Shown piece by piece: positions 28,131 through 37,052 of a stretch of DNA of 50,351 bases. The notes under the pieces were generated by a model. It saw only the letters and a list, made by a program, of their open reading frames with translations. It was not told the origin of the DNA and did no database searches. The stretch lies in the IMG/VR virus record IMGVR_UViG_3300020042_007694, positions 1 through 50,351 of that record; one strand, given 5' to 3'. Numbering within the stretch: position 1 is the first letter of the stretch; every line of letters starts with the position of its first letter. The translations under genes were made by a program, and so were the position numbers. The stretch is from a virus (taxonomy: Duplodnaviria > Caudoviricetes).

Positions 28131-28952
28131 TTAAACTAGTTTTTCCAATGATATCTTTGTTGGGATTATATTGTTTTTTAAGTTTTGAGTTAACAAATCT
28201 ATCTGTGATACCTTGCCAAGTACAATGACACCAAATATGTCATTGGTGTTCCAGCGTGGTAATCCCCAATGCTGAGCCCAATTTTTTTGATATGGTTCCC
28301 ACCACGTCTCAAATAGATCAATATCTATATCAGCCAATCTATCAATATTGTTCATTGCAATCAGAATTCTGGGTTTGAGTATTAACCAAGGTTTGGCTGA
28401 CTCGTACATGCGTTCTATATTTGATGGCTCGTTATCCCGCCAGTATTCGTAAGGAGTTTTTCCTAACTCAGTCCAGCTTACAAAAATGTCGCCTTGTTTA
28501 ATTTGTGTTGTAGTGGTTTGTAACCATTCGGTTGTCATTGATTTTTGCAAAAGTCCAGCTTTTTCTCGATAATCAATAGATAAAATTTTATTATTATTTT
28601 GAGTAAAATATCTTTCACACATGTGAATATATGTATTGAAATCTAGCCAAGTAGGATTTCCGTTGTATCTCTTTTCGTATATTTGATGTATAAAGTTAAA
28701 ATATTCCTGGTCCTGACTCAAACACCGCATAACATCAACTTCAACTGATAGCAGTCGACCACATGTTACCAACTGCTCAACTGTTTGGTTGTAGGTCAGT
28801 GGTAGTATATCAGAATAATAAGGATTGTCCCATGATCTAAATGGTATTGGCACTGCCGAAAGATGTTTATAAATTTTTGAATAAGCCTGTCCTATTGAAT
28901 TGTTTAAGAACAACAATTCAATAGTACTTTGATCCGAAAACGTTAACTGCAT
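28131..28952 (-). CDS. AT-rich hypothetical protein, paralog of 44530-45342
   Basis: Shares DQEYFN.(I/L)H..(Y/F)E, ELGK and (V/I)LGK motifs with the paralog. Confidence 0.7.
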   Translation of the reverse strand: MQLTFSDQSTIELLFLNNSIGQAYSKIYKHLSAVPIPFRSWDNPYYSDILPLTYNQTVEQLVTCGRLLSVEVDVMRCLSQDQEYFNFIHQIYEKRYNGNPTWLDFNTYIHMCERYFTQNNNKILSIDYREKAGLLQKSMTTEWLQTTTTQIKQGDIFVSWTELGKTPYEYWRDNEPSNIERMYESAKPWLILKPRILIAMNNIDRLADIDIDLFETWWEPYQKNWAQHWGLPRWNTNDIFGVIVLGKVSQIDLLTQNLKNNIIPTKISLEKLV

Positions 28953-28966
28953 TATATATTTACTGC

Positions 28967-28999
28967 AAAAAAAACAGGTACCGTTTTAAGGGTACCTGT
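28967..28999 (-). terminator. Rho-independent terminator
   Basis: ACAGGTACC-CTTAAAAC-GGTACCTGT running into a T8 tract. Confidence 0.85.
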
Positions 29000-29034
29000 C
29001 AAAAGCCTGGGCCGGAGCCAACCAGCGCCCAGGA

Positions 29035-29142
29035 TTATTGTTTAACTTCTTTCACAGTAAAGCCTGCTTCGGCCTGTTCGTCTGCTTCGTATTTGGTATC
29101 CACAGCGTACAAGAACAAATCACCATCCCAAATTTCAAACAT
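29035..29142 (-). CDS. 35-aa acidic microprotein missed by the ORF track
   Basis: MFEIWDGDLFLYAVDTKYEADEQAEAGFTVKEVKQ*; ATG 1 nt after the ATPase stop, ending just before the terminator. Confidence 0.55.
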   Translation of the reverse strand: MFEIWDGDLFLYAVDTKYEADEQAEAGFTVKEVKQ

Positions 29143-29143
29143 A

Positions 29144-30166
29144 TTATGCCACCTTCATGCAAGTTGTTTCTGCCAGACGCTTCCAGTTCAGCATGCTCAT
29201 CCGGCGCAGGTCAGCAATTTTAATTGCCATACGCAGACTCATTTCACGCAGACGATTCTGGTTAGCGTCCATGAACGCAATAATCTCGTCTTGAACTTCG
29301 GGTTCAAAGTCGTAGTCTGCAAACAATACGCCATCTTTGGCAATTTGCTTGATGCGCAGGATCTTGTCATGCATGGTGTCCAGAGTCAAGTCCAGATAGT
29401 GGCATCGCGATTGCAGTGCATCCAAGTGGTCCCGCAGTTTCTGGCTCTTCATTTTGTCAAACTTCAAGTTAGTAATGAAGATGGCGCTGCCTTTGAATTC
29501 AAAGCTGTCCGGAATGCCTTCGCGGCGCAGGCTGCTGCTTTCACTCAACCACGAAATCTTGCGCTTCTTGCCTGAGTCTAACGCACCCTTTAGCAAGTTC
29601 AAGCTCACGTCGTCTAGCAAGATTGAGTCGCAGTCATCAAAAACAACCACGCAATTTTCGTCTGAATACTTGTAAAGTGTCTGGTACAAGCCAATAGGAG
29701 TAGCAGCACCCTTGACAACTTCTGCACGAAGCCGCTTGCCTGCCAGCTTGTCAAACATGGTGGCTTTTTCAATCTCTTGCTCCACGCCAAACGATTTACC
29801 AACTCCGGGAGGGCCACTCACAATCATTGCACGGATGTCGCCGCCAACGCAGGCTTTGGTCATTTCGTGCAGGATATCAAACCGCTCACGAATACGGTTA
29901 ATTGCTTGTTCATCTGTTTCTGCTGGCGCAGCCACTGCCTTGGCAGCGTTGGTAGTTGTGTCTGTCATGCTACTAGTATACTCAATATCAGAAATGTTGT
30001 CAACGCGGATACGGATCGTATCTGCACAGTTGGGAAAATTGCCGTTGTTTTTAACAGTCACAAAGTTGCCTTTGGCTCCAGTTTGGAATCCCTTTACCAG
30101 GCTAAATGTAGTGTTACTAACTTTTTTGTTACGATACTCACCGCTAACGATTCGAATTGCACTCAT
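29144..30166 (-). CDS. AAA+/P-loop ATPase
   Basis: Walker A GPPGVGKS, Walker B VVFDDCD, FITN, ALQSR; AAGGAG RBS after an early promoter. Confidence 0.85.
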   Translation of the reverse strand: MSAIRIVSGEYRNKKVSNTTFSLVKGFQTGAKGNFVTVKNNGNFPNCADTIRIRVDNISDIEYTSSMTDTTTNAAKAVAAPAETDEQAINRIRERFDILHEMTKACVGGDIRAMIVSGPPGVGKSFGVEQEIEKATMFDKLAGKRLRAEVVKGAATPIGLYQTLYKYSDENCVVVFDDCDSILLDDVSLNLLKGALDSGKKRKISWLSESSSLRREGIPDSFEFKGSAIFITNLKFDKMKSQKLRDHLDALQSRCHYLDLTLDTMHDKILRIKQIAKDGVLFADYDFEPEVQDEIIAFMDANQNRLREMSLRMAIKIADLRRMSMLNWKRLAETTCMKVA

Positions 30167-30201
30167 AGTTGGCTCCTTTGGTGTGCGTTGTTTAAGTATT
30201 A

Positions 30202-30230
30202 ATTATAGCAGAATTACGATTATTGGTCAA
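30202..30230 (-). promoter_or_regulatory. phage early sigma70 promoter, copy 2
   Basis: TTGACC-AATAATCGTAATTCTGC-TATAAT. Confidence 0.85.
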
Positions 30231-30253
30231 CCAGACTCTGGCTGCACATGTTG

Positions 30254-30457
30254 TTATTTTTGCTCCATGATCTTCATAAAATTCTGCATCATGGCCAGGG
30301 CCTGTGTCATGCTTTGTTCAGGGCTGGGTTGCTGTACGCAGGCCGCTGTGACATTTTGCTTTTGAAATTGCACCGCGCCAGCCTGGCAAGCATTGAGGTC
30401 TGCATAGTTGCCAACAGTAGCAACACCGGTGGCCAGAACCAGAATCAAGTTATACAT
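30254..30457 (-). CDS. small exported/membrane protein
   Basis: Hydrophobic N-terminus, two Cys, AGGAG RBS. Confidence 0.65.
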   Translation of the reverse strand: MYNLILVLATGVATVGNYADLNACQAGAVQFQKQNVTAACVQQPSPEQSMTQALAMMQNFMKIMEQK

Positions 30458-30472
30458 TACAATTCTCCTGTT

Positions 30473-30715
30473 TCAGTTAAACACGGTACTGCACTCAAAC
30501 AGATCACCGTACATTTCTTCGTATGCCGCATCCCAGTCCTCACGAATCCACTCAATGACGTATCCGAGCTGGGCATAGTCATCTGCCATGACCTGCAGGT
30601 AGTGCAGAGCCTGCGTGGCGCTCATATCGCAATCAGCCATTAGACTCAGATTGCTACAATGTGCAAAATTGTTGCTGTCTCTATGGGCACTAACTTGGAT
30701 AAATTGCTTGGTCAT
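30473..30715 (-). CDS. hypothetical early protein
   Basis: AGGAG RBS after promoter copy 3. Confidence 0.7.
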   Translation of the reverse strand: MTKQFIQVSAHRDSNNFAHCSNLSLMADCDMSATQALHYLQVMADDYAQLGYVIEWIREDWDAAYEEMYGDLFECSTVFN

Positions 30716-30745
30716 CTCTGGCTCCTGTTTGCTGTTTATGTGTTA

Positions 30746-30774
30746 ATTATAGCAGAATGCGTATTTTGGGTCAA
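30746..30774 (-). promoter_or_regulatory. phage early sigma70 promoter, copy 3
   Basis: TTGACC-CAAAATACGCATTCTGC-TATAAT. Confidence 0.85.
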
Positions 30775-30809
30775 CCGTTTGAGTGTTGTTTTTTTGCAAC
30801 ACAAAAACA

Positions 30810-31031
30810 CTACACCTTGCTCAAAACAGTCATTAATTGTGCATGGATCATGCCCATTTCCGCCTGCTCCACATAGAAGTCTGTGGTAGGATCGTAATAT
30901 GCGCCTTCTTTGTTGTCATAATACAACACTCTACCTGAGAAGTTGAACGGACCTTCAAGTCCTGCACGAGCAGTGTACTTGGTTCGCATCTGGTCCATTT
31001 CTGTCTTGTCTGCCAGTACCTTGTAGCCCAT
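30810..31031 (-). CDS. hypothetical early protein
   Basis: AAGGAG RBS; GLEGPF...LYYDNKEGAYYDPTTDFY. Confidence 0.75.
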   Translation of the reverse strand: MGYKVLADKTEMDQMRTKYTARAGLEGPFNFSGRVLYYDNKEGAYYDPTTDFYVEQAEMGMIHAQLMTVLSKV

Positions 31032-31061
31032 GCTGCTCTCCTTGTTGCTGTTTAAGTATTA

Positions 31062-31090
31062 ATTATAACAGAATTAGGAATAAAGGTCAA
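31062..31090 (-). promoter_or_regulatory. phage early sigma70 promoter, copy 4
   Basis: TTGACC-TTTATTCCTAATTCTGT-TATAAT. Confidence 0.85.
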
Positions 31091-31332
31091 TCCCAGCTCT
31101 TTTTCTCGCCGCTGTGCTCGTTGTAGTTGTAGCCTGCACCGTAGTCTGCAATTTCTTGTGCTGTCATCTCGTTGCTTTCAATACGAGCACCTGACACACC
31201 GCCTACTCCGCCCTTGTGTGGGTTGCGGATGCGACCATAGTAGCTGTCTGCTGAACCACGATCAAATGGGCAACCGTGTGTGACGGTGTATGTGCGACCG
31301 TTGTGCTCTACCTTGTGTGCTTCGTCTATCAT
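31087..31332 (-). CDS. hypothetical early protein
   Basis: AAGGAG RBS; HGCPFDRGSADSYYGR motif. Confidence 0.75.
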   Translation of the reverse strand: MIDEAHKVEHNGRTYTVTHGCPFDRGSADSYYGRIRNPHKGGVGGVSGARIESNEMTAQEIADYGAGYNYNEHSGEKKSWD

Positions 31333-31358
31333 TTGTGCTCCTTGCTGTCTATGTGTGT

Positions 31359-31387
31359 ATTATAACAGAACGGCAAATATTGGTCAA
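31359..31387 (-). promoter_or_regulatory. phage early sigma70 promoter, copy 5
   Basis: TTGACC-AATATTTGCCGTTCTGT-TATAAT. Confidence 0.85.
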
Positions 31388-31388
31388 A

Positions 31389-32126
31389 TCAGCGCCAAAG
31401 TTCAGTTATTGTGGGGTCTGCCACTTGATGTGGTTTTGGGAATCCGTGAAACACCACCAGTGCAGTGTCAGGAGCAATTGCAACCCCAGAACCGGGGCGG
31501 CGATGTACTCGGCGCTGAAAATCAAATCCACCGTCCAGGCATTGCCAACGGTAGCTTTGAACATATTTGTCCTCAAAAAATCTACGTTGGTTTACGCCAA
31601 GCACCTGGCCTAGATAATCTTGATCTCCGGGAAACTGCTTGGCCACTTGCCGAATGTCTTTGGTCAGTAGGTCCTGCCAGATCCAAGAAAACTTGGCAAC
31701 ATTCCACCACATCATGCTGGAGTTGAGTGTGACAGAGTTCTGGCGTTGCAGATATCTAAAGTCTCGTATGCCCCACAAGTAGTTGGTATCCTGGGCAGTG
31801 ACCCAGTCTAGTTCACGTGCCACTACCACGTCAAGATCAAGATACAGCAAGTTGCCGGCAAAGTGCTCAGGATTGAATAACTGCATCTTGTACCACCAGG
31901 ACTTTTTAGGGCCGCTAATTCCCCAATCATCCAGTACATGTTTGATCATGTGCGGTGGAACTGATCTGTCATGTTCAGTGTACACATGCATGCGTATGCC
32001 GTTGGGAAACACACGCATCAACATGTTGTATAGTCTCTCCACATACTGCCAATCATAACCAGTGCTGTGTATCACACACGCACAATCAACTATGCCGTCA
32101 GTGCTGATTCTATTCTTTTTAGCCAT
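31389..32126 (-). CDS. GT-A glycosyltransferase (GT8-like)
   Basis: WWYKMQLF, YLDLDVV (DxD), NSSMM, GDQDYL, FHGFPKP. Confidence 0.8.
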   Translation of the reverse strand: MAKKNRISTDGIVDCACVIHSTGYDWQYVERLYNMLMRVFPNGIRMHVYTEHDRSVPPHMIKHVLDDWGISGPKKSWWYKMQLFNPEHFAGNLLYLDLDVVVARELDWVTAQDTNYLWGIRDFRYLQRQNSVTLNSSMMWWNVAKFSWIWQDLLTKDIRQVAKQFPGDQDYLGQVLGVNQRRFFEDKYVQSYRWQCLDGGFDFQRRVHRRPGSGVAIAPDTALVVFHGFPKPHQVADPTITELWR

Positions 32127-32938
32127 GTGCCCTTTTGTAATTCTTCCACAGTGTATTCAGTATGACATATTTCTATTAGCCATTGATCTCGATTGATCAA
32201 GTAGGGTTGATCAATCTGTACTATCGAGTGTGCAACTGGATGGGCCAGGCTGGTGGCGTCTACTATGGGCCGTGTGCCCGAAATGGCCGCCTGGATTCCT
32301 GGACCTGAGTTGTAATTGACCACGGCATGATAGTCAAAGTGCATGTCAAAACTGTCGTAGGTGTTGTTCAGTCGTATAGGACGCACCGGTACTATGTCGG
32401 ATGGCAATCGATTCCATTGCACCGCAGATCTAGGGTGGGCTCGCACATGAATTGGTCTATCAGTGTACTTGCGCAATTGACGAATAGTGTCAGAGATCCA
32501 GACTTCTTGGTCCACACCAGTTAGTTGGTGACTGCGATTGTGCTGCGTTGCTACTAACACCGCAGGATTTGTGCTGGTGTTGACAGCTATGCTAGTGCCT
32601 AGTTTTCTTGGTCGGTCAAGATCAAGACCAGTCTTGTGTCCATAGTAGCCCTGAGACGTGATATGATTGACTGCCAGTTTCCAGGTGCGCCCACGATATA
32701 ATGCACCAATTTCGATCACTATCACAGGCTTGTCCTGCGCACGATAATGCTCGTACACCTGTTGATTTGCAGCCATGCGACCATGCCAAAGTACACTCCA
32801 TATGACCACTGCATCTGAATTCATGGAATTTTCTTGTGTTTGTATTCCACTGGCCTGCAGGCTATCTAGCACTGCGTTCATGACAGGTCCTGAGTTTTGG
32901 GCACACTGGGCCGGAAAATATGCTATGTTTTTTATCAC
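32090..32938 (-). CDS. KpsS/KpsC-like capsule-synthesis family glycosyltransferase
   Basis: VRAHPR and VVNYNSGPGIQAAISG; start uncertain (GTG at 32938 chosen). Confidence 0.6.
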   Translation of the reverse strand: MIKNIAYFPAQCAQNSGPVMNAVLDSLQASGIQTQENSMNSDAVVIWSVLWHGRMAANQQVYEHYRAQDKPVIVIEIGALYRGRTWKLAVNHITSQGYYGHKTGLDLDRPRKLGTSIAVNTSTNPAVLVATQHNRSHQLTGVDQEVWISDTIRQLRKYTDRPIHVRAHPRSAVQWNRLPSDIVPVRPIRLNNTYDSFDMHFDYHAVVNYNSGPGIQAAISGTRPIVDATSLAHPVAHSIVQIDQPYLINRDQWLIEICHTEYTVEELQKGTWLKRIESALTA

Positions 32939-32951
32939 TGTAAATACACTT

Positions 32952-33755
32952 ATGAGATATAGTGTATGTACCACTTTTAACGTCGACGGCTACGAGAAAT
33001 ACGGGCAACGTATGATACAGACCTTTTTGCAAACCTGGCCTGCTGAAGTAGACCTGATTGTGTATGCTGAAAACTGTACTGTAACTGAATCTGCACCCAA
33101 TTTGACAGTGTACGATCTTGTGACCGCAAGTCCCGAACTGGCGGCATTCAAAGCTCGATGGCAAGATGTACCCAAGGCTAATGGAGATGTCAGTACTGAT
33201 CCGGTTCGAGCACGCCGCAAGGATTCTGGCAAAGGATTCAAATGGAACGCTGTGCGGTTTGCTCACAAGGTCTACAGTATTTTCCACTGTGCAAAAAACA
33301 CGCCCGGCGATTGGCTGCTTTGGATGGATGCAGATACTGTTTGCCACAGCCCCATTACCGTCACAGATCTTCACAGACTATGTCCCAAGTCTCAGGATCT
33401 TTGTTTCCTGGGTCGTCGAGGCAAATATTCCGAATGTGGCCTGTATGCCATGCGGTTGACCAGTGTTGCTACTCAGGTGTTTTTGCAAAAATTTCAAACA
33501 GCATATGATGACGCAGAAACTGGTATCTTTGTTCTGGCAGAATGGCACGACAGTTTTGTGTTTGATCACGTGAGAACACAATGCGCCTTGAAGGCACTGG
33601 ACTGGAGCAGTCATCTAGTCACTGGCGAAGGTCATCCGCTAATCAATTCAGACTGGGGCGCATATCTAGATCATCTCAAAGGTGATAGAAAAGATCTGGG
33701 GCGCAGTAAAAGAGCAGATCTAAAAGTTCCGCGCACAGAAGCGTACTGGCAATGA
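32952..33755 (+). CDS. GT-A nucleotide-diphospho-sugar transferase-like protein
   Basis: RFAHKV, WMDADT (DxD), EWHDS, HLKG; ATG at 32952 after TAAATA at 32941. Confidence 0.7.
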   Translation: MRYSVCTTFNVDGYEKYGQRMIQTFLQTWPAEVDLIVYAENCTVTESAPNLTVYDLVTASPELAAFKARWQDVPKANGDVSTDPVRARRKDSGKGFKWNAVRFAHKVYSIFHCAKNTPGDWLLWMDADTVCHSPITVTDLHRLCPKSQDLCFLGRRGKYSECGLYAMRLTSVATQVFLQKFQTAYDDAETGIFVLAEWHDSFVFDHVRTQCALKALDWSSHLVTGEGHPLINSDWGAYLDHLKGDRKDLGRSKRADLKVPRTEAYWQ

Positions 33756-34546
33756 GCTGGATATTTCTAAACAAAAACAACAGTGACCAGTACATTGAAA
33801 TGTTTGCTCACGGGTCAGGTGCGATACCCACTTGCCTAGAAACATGGTGTTACGAAGATAGCACAAACCCACTGGTGTTGCGTGGCATCATGAAGCACAA
33901 GATTATCAAACGCTGCTGGCAAGACACCCGTGATTTTTATTACATGGACACTGGATACCTGGGCAACAGACCCAGTCCAGACAATCCCAACGGCTGGAAA
34001 TATTGGCATAGAGTTGTGCCCAACAACCTGCAACATGATGTTGTGATCCCAAGGCCTGCAGATCGCTGGCAACGCCTGAACACAAAAATGCGTCCCGAAC
34101 AGCGGCACAGTCGCAACATCTTGCTGGTTGCACCCGACGAGAAGCCCTGCAGTTTTTACGGAATCACACTGGATGAATGGATGCAAACAACCATAGAAAC
34201 ACTCAAGCAACATACAGATCGTCCCATCCTGATTCGAGAACGTCCAGCATCTCGTTGGGATAGAAAGACACAGCGAGCTGAAGACTGGCTGCTGGATGTG
34301 CATGCTGTGGTCACATTCAACAGTTCTGCCGCAACAGAATGTATCTTGGCTGGTGTGCCTGTGTTTGTCACTGCGCCTGCCAATGCTGCTAGACCTGTGA
34401 GCAATCTAGATCTAGGCAAAATAGAAACACCGTGGTTTCCCACAGATGACGAACGTCATGCCTGGGCCTGCCATTTGGCATATGGACAGTTCCACACCAC
34501 AGAACTGGCCAACGGCACCGCAGCCGCAATACTCAAGGAAACTTAA
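33752..34546 (+). CDS. KpsS/KpsC-like glycosyltransferase paralog
   Basis: YYMDTGY, TDRPILIR, VVTFNSSAATECILAGVPV, LAYGQF. Confidence 0.6.
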   Translation: MSWIFLNKNNSDQYIEMFAHGSGAIPTCLETWCYEDSTNPLVLRGIMKHKIIKRCWQDTRDFYYMDTGYLGNRPSPDNPNGWKYWHRVVPNNLQHDVVIPRPADRWQRLNTKMRPEQRHSRNILLVAPDEKPCSFYGITLDEWMQTTIETLKQHTDRPILIRERPASRWDRKTQRAEDWLLDVHAVVTFNSSAATECILAGVPVFVTAPANAARPVSNLDLGKIETPWFPTDDERHAWACHLAYGQFHTTELANGTAAAILKET

Positions 34547-34547
34547 C

Positions 34548-35195
34548 ATGTATGAAAGTCACGGCTGGTGGTTCCCCGACACCGAAGATCACTTTCCCAA
34601 AATGCTGGCCAAAAGTGTAAGCAAAGGCGGACCGACCGAATATCAATATCAAGTTAGAAATCGGAGTTTTGGTCATGCAAAACAAACTCGTGTGGCTTTG
34701 GACATTGGTGCCAATGTTGGATTATGGAGCAGAGATCTAGTAAAACACTTTGACGCAGTAATTGCCTTTGAACCTGTTGCTATGTTTCGAGAATGTTTGA
34801 TACGTAATGTTTTTGCTACAAACCTAGAAGTTCGAGAAATTGCACTGGGAAATCAAGAGGGTATGATCAGAATGATCATCACAGAAGGCAATACTGGACA
34901 CACCCATGTTGATCCTGATAGCAAAAACGGTGACACACAGATCACACGGTTAGACAGTTTAGAATTGTCCATAGTTGACTATATCAAAATTGATTGCGAA
35001 GGTTTTGAGTATCGAGTATTACAGGGTGCAGAACAAACAATTCGTCGTTGCCGCCCTGTTGTGGTGATAGAACAAAAACCACACGATGCCTACAGCAAGG
35101 ATTACGGGCAGTTTGCTGCAATTGGCCTATTGGAACAGTGGGGTATGATTAGACTGGATCAAGTAAAAGATGATTGGATCATGGGATGGAAATAG
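34548..35195 (+). CDS. FkbM-family methyltransferase
   Basis: LDIGANVG, AFEP, IKIDCEGFE..VLQGA. Confidence 0.9.
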   Translation: MYESHGWWFPDTEDHFPKMLAKSVSKGGPTEYQYQVRNRSFGHAKQTRVALDIGANVGLWSRDLVKHFDAVIAFEPVAMFRECLIRNVFATNLEVREIALGNQEGMIRMIITEGNTGHTHVDPDSKNGDTQITRLDSLELSIVDYIKIDCEGFEYRVLQGAEQTIRRCRPVVVIEQKPHDAYSKDYGQFAAIGLLEQWGMIRLDQVKDDWIMGWK

Positions 35196-35821
35196 ACACA
35201 ACTGACAACATTGATAAGGGTGCCGAGGATTCTGCTACCTGGGCTCGTAAATGGACCAAAGAACGATATATAGCCAAGCACCGAGCTGTATGGGAAATAG
35301 CAGATGCTTATCTCAATCAGCCAGTGGGTCGACTGCTAGACATTGGGTGTGGATTTGCTTGGCAAAGCCGATGGTTTAATGAAAAATACGGTACAGAACT
35401 TTGGTTGTTAGACGGTGACAGCAAAACCAACGCACAAAAATCTAAAACTGCTAGCTATGGTAACTGGAATACTAACAGCAATGAACTAAAGTTCTATCAT
35501 AGCTTTGACTTCCTAGATGCCAAGCTACAGGAACTAGGCACCAAAAATTATCATCTAGTAGATGCCAACAACATCAACATACCTAGCAATATTAAGTTTG
35601 ATCTCATAACATCTTGGTTGAGCTGTGGACATCATTATCCTGTAAAAACCTACATAGAGTTGATGAGAAAACATTCACATGAAAATACTAGAATTATTTT
35701 AGACATTAGATGCAAGGGCACAGCCACAAACTACATTGGTGTAGATGGATTTGAAGTTGTGAATGTTGTGAGTAACGCAGGTGGCAAAAAACGGGCCAGT
35801 GTGGAAATAAAGTTACTATGA
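35186..35821 (+). CDS. class I SAM-dependent methyltransferase
   Basis: LLDIGCG, FDLITS. Confidence 0.8.
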   Translation: MEIDTTDNIDKGAEDSATWARKWTKERYIAKHRAVWEIADAYLNQPVGRLLDIGCGFAWQSRWFNEKYGTELWLLDGDSKTNAQKSKTASYGNWNTNSNELKFYHSFDFLDAKLQELGTKNYHLVDANNINIPSNIKFDLITSWLSCGHHYPVKTYIELMRKHSHENTRIILDIRCKGTATNYIGVDGFEVVNVVSNAGGKKRASVEIKLL

Positions 35822-36495
35822 CAAGTGAATATTACAGGGAATCAGTTCGTCTAGGACGTGAGTTCCAGAAAAATAATTCTAAGAATTGGGCAGGTTACGA
35901 TGTGGTCAAGTACCAAGATCAAATCAGAGACCTAGTACAAAGATACAATGCTAAAACTATATTAGACTATGGTTGCGGCAAAGGACTACAATACACTGAA
36001 AAATTGCCATGGGGCATGATCAATGGGGTTGAACTACCACCGGAACAATGGACCACCTTTGACGAATGGCTAGGTGTTGAAGTATACAAGTATGATCCGT
36101 GTGTGCCAGGATTAGACACTCCTCCACCTAACAACATGAAGTTTGATGGTGTTATTTGTACACAAGTGTTGCAAACTATTCCTGATGCTGACCTACGCTG
36201 GGTATCAAAAAAGCTATTCTCACATACCGATAAGTTTTGTTTTGTCAGTTTAAATTTCCAACAAGTTGCAAAAAAGAAAAAGTTTTTTTATGATCCTGAA
36301 CTATTTAAAGAACCGCGCACACGGGATTTTTTTAAACAGCATTTTGCAAAATGGCCAAAAGGGAAAGTATTTTGGTGGTGGAAGGATCGCCTACACTATT
36401 CCGGGTGGCTGGATGATCAGTTAAATACTACCTGGAACGACGTTCCTGACTCTTGGACTGACAAATATCAATACGTAGAGGCAATTTATCAATGA
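35818..36495 (+). CDS. class I SAM-dependent methyltransferase
   Basis: ILDYGCGKG, YDP, FDGVICTQVL. Confidence 0.85.
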   Translation: MTSEYYRESVRLGREFQKNNSKNWAGYDVVKYQDQIRDLVQRYNAKTILDYGCGKGLQYTEKLPWGMINGVELPPEQWTTFDEWLGVEVYKYDPCVPGLDTPPPNNMKFDGVICTQVLQTIPDADLRWVSKKLFSHTDKFCFVSLNFQQVAKKKKFFYDPELFKEPRTRDFFKQHFAKWPKGKVFWWWKDRLHYSGWLDDQLNTTWNDVPDSWTDKYQYVEAIYQ

Positions 36496-37052
36496 CCATA
36501 ATCAATTCTGACTATCAGGCACAATTAGTTGCCATGCACAGCAAGGGACAATTTATTAGAGGTAGCAAAATTTTTGGTAGTATACAACCATTCCTTACAC
36601 AATATCAACCCACTAGTGTTTTAGACTTTGGATGCGGACACGGTGCTCTGATGACTAGCATACAACATGCCTGGCCTGACATGCGTGTGGAAGGTTATGA
36701 TCCGGGTAACGCCGATCATAATCGTGTGCCAAAAAGATCATTTGATGCTGTGATTAGTGCAGATGTGTTTGAACATATTGAACCCAACCACCTGTCAGAA
36801 ACATTACGCATGATCAGCAACAAGATGATCGTTGTAGGTTGGTTTAGAATTGCCTGTTATCCTGCAAAGAAACATCTACCAGATGGCCGTAATGCTCACT
36901 TGATTGTGGAGTCACCTGCATGGTGGCGAGAACAACTACTTGATAACATGAATATCATCATTGTGTCAGAAGAGATCTCTGTGATTGACAAAAGTCACAA
37001 GTGGCTTGACGTTGTTGGACACAACTATGATGTTATTGTAAAAAAGGCATGA
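36492..37052 (+). CDS. class I SAM-dependent methyltransferase
   Basis: VLDFGCGHG, GYDP, DVFEHIEP, NAHLIV. Confidence 0.85.
   Translation: MTIINSDYQAQLVAMHSKGQFIRGSKIFGSIQPFLTQYQPTSVLDFGCGHGALMTSIQHAWPDMRVEGYDPGNADHNRVPKRSFDAVISADVFEHIEPNHLSETLRMISNKMIVVGWFRIACYPAKKHLPDGRNAHLIVESPAWWREQLLDNMNIIIVSEEISVIDKSHKWLDVVGHNYDVIVKKA

Noticed and set aside
29712-30365. Long antisense ORFs in the track (for example 29712-30365, 17110-17745, 841-1287)
   Set aside because: They shadow well-supported genes on the opposite strand and show no recognisable motifs.
30167-31388. Repeats as a CRISPR array or integron attC sites
   Set aside because: The copies are degenerate, hundreds of bp apart, match sigma70 promoters, and no cas or integrase gene is present.
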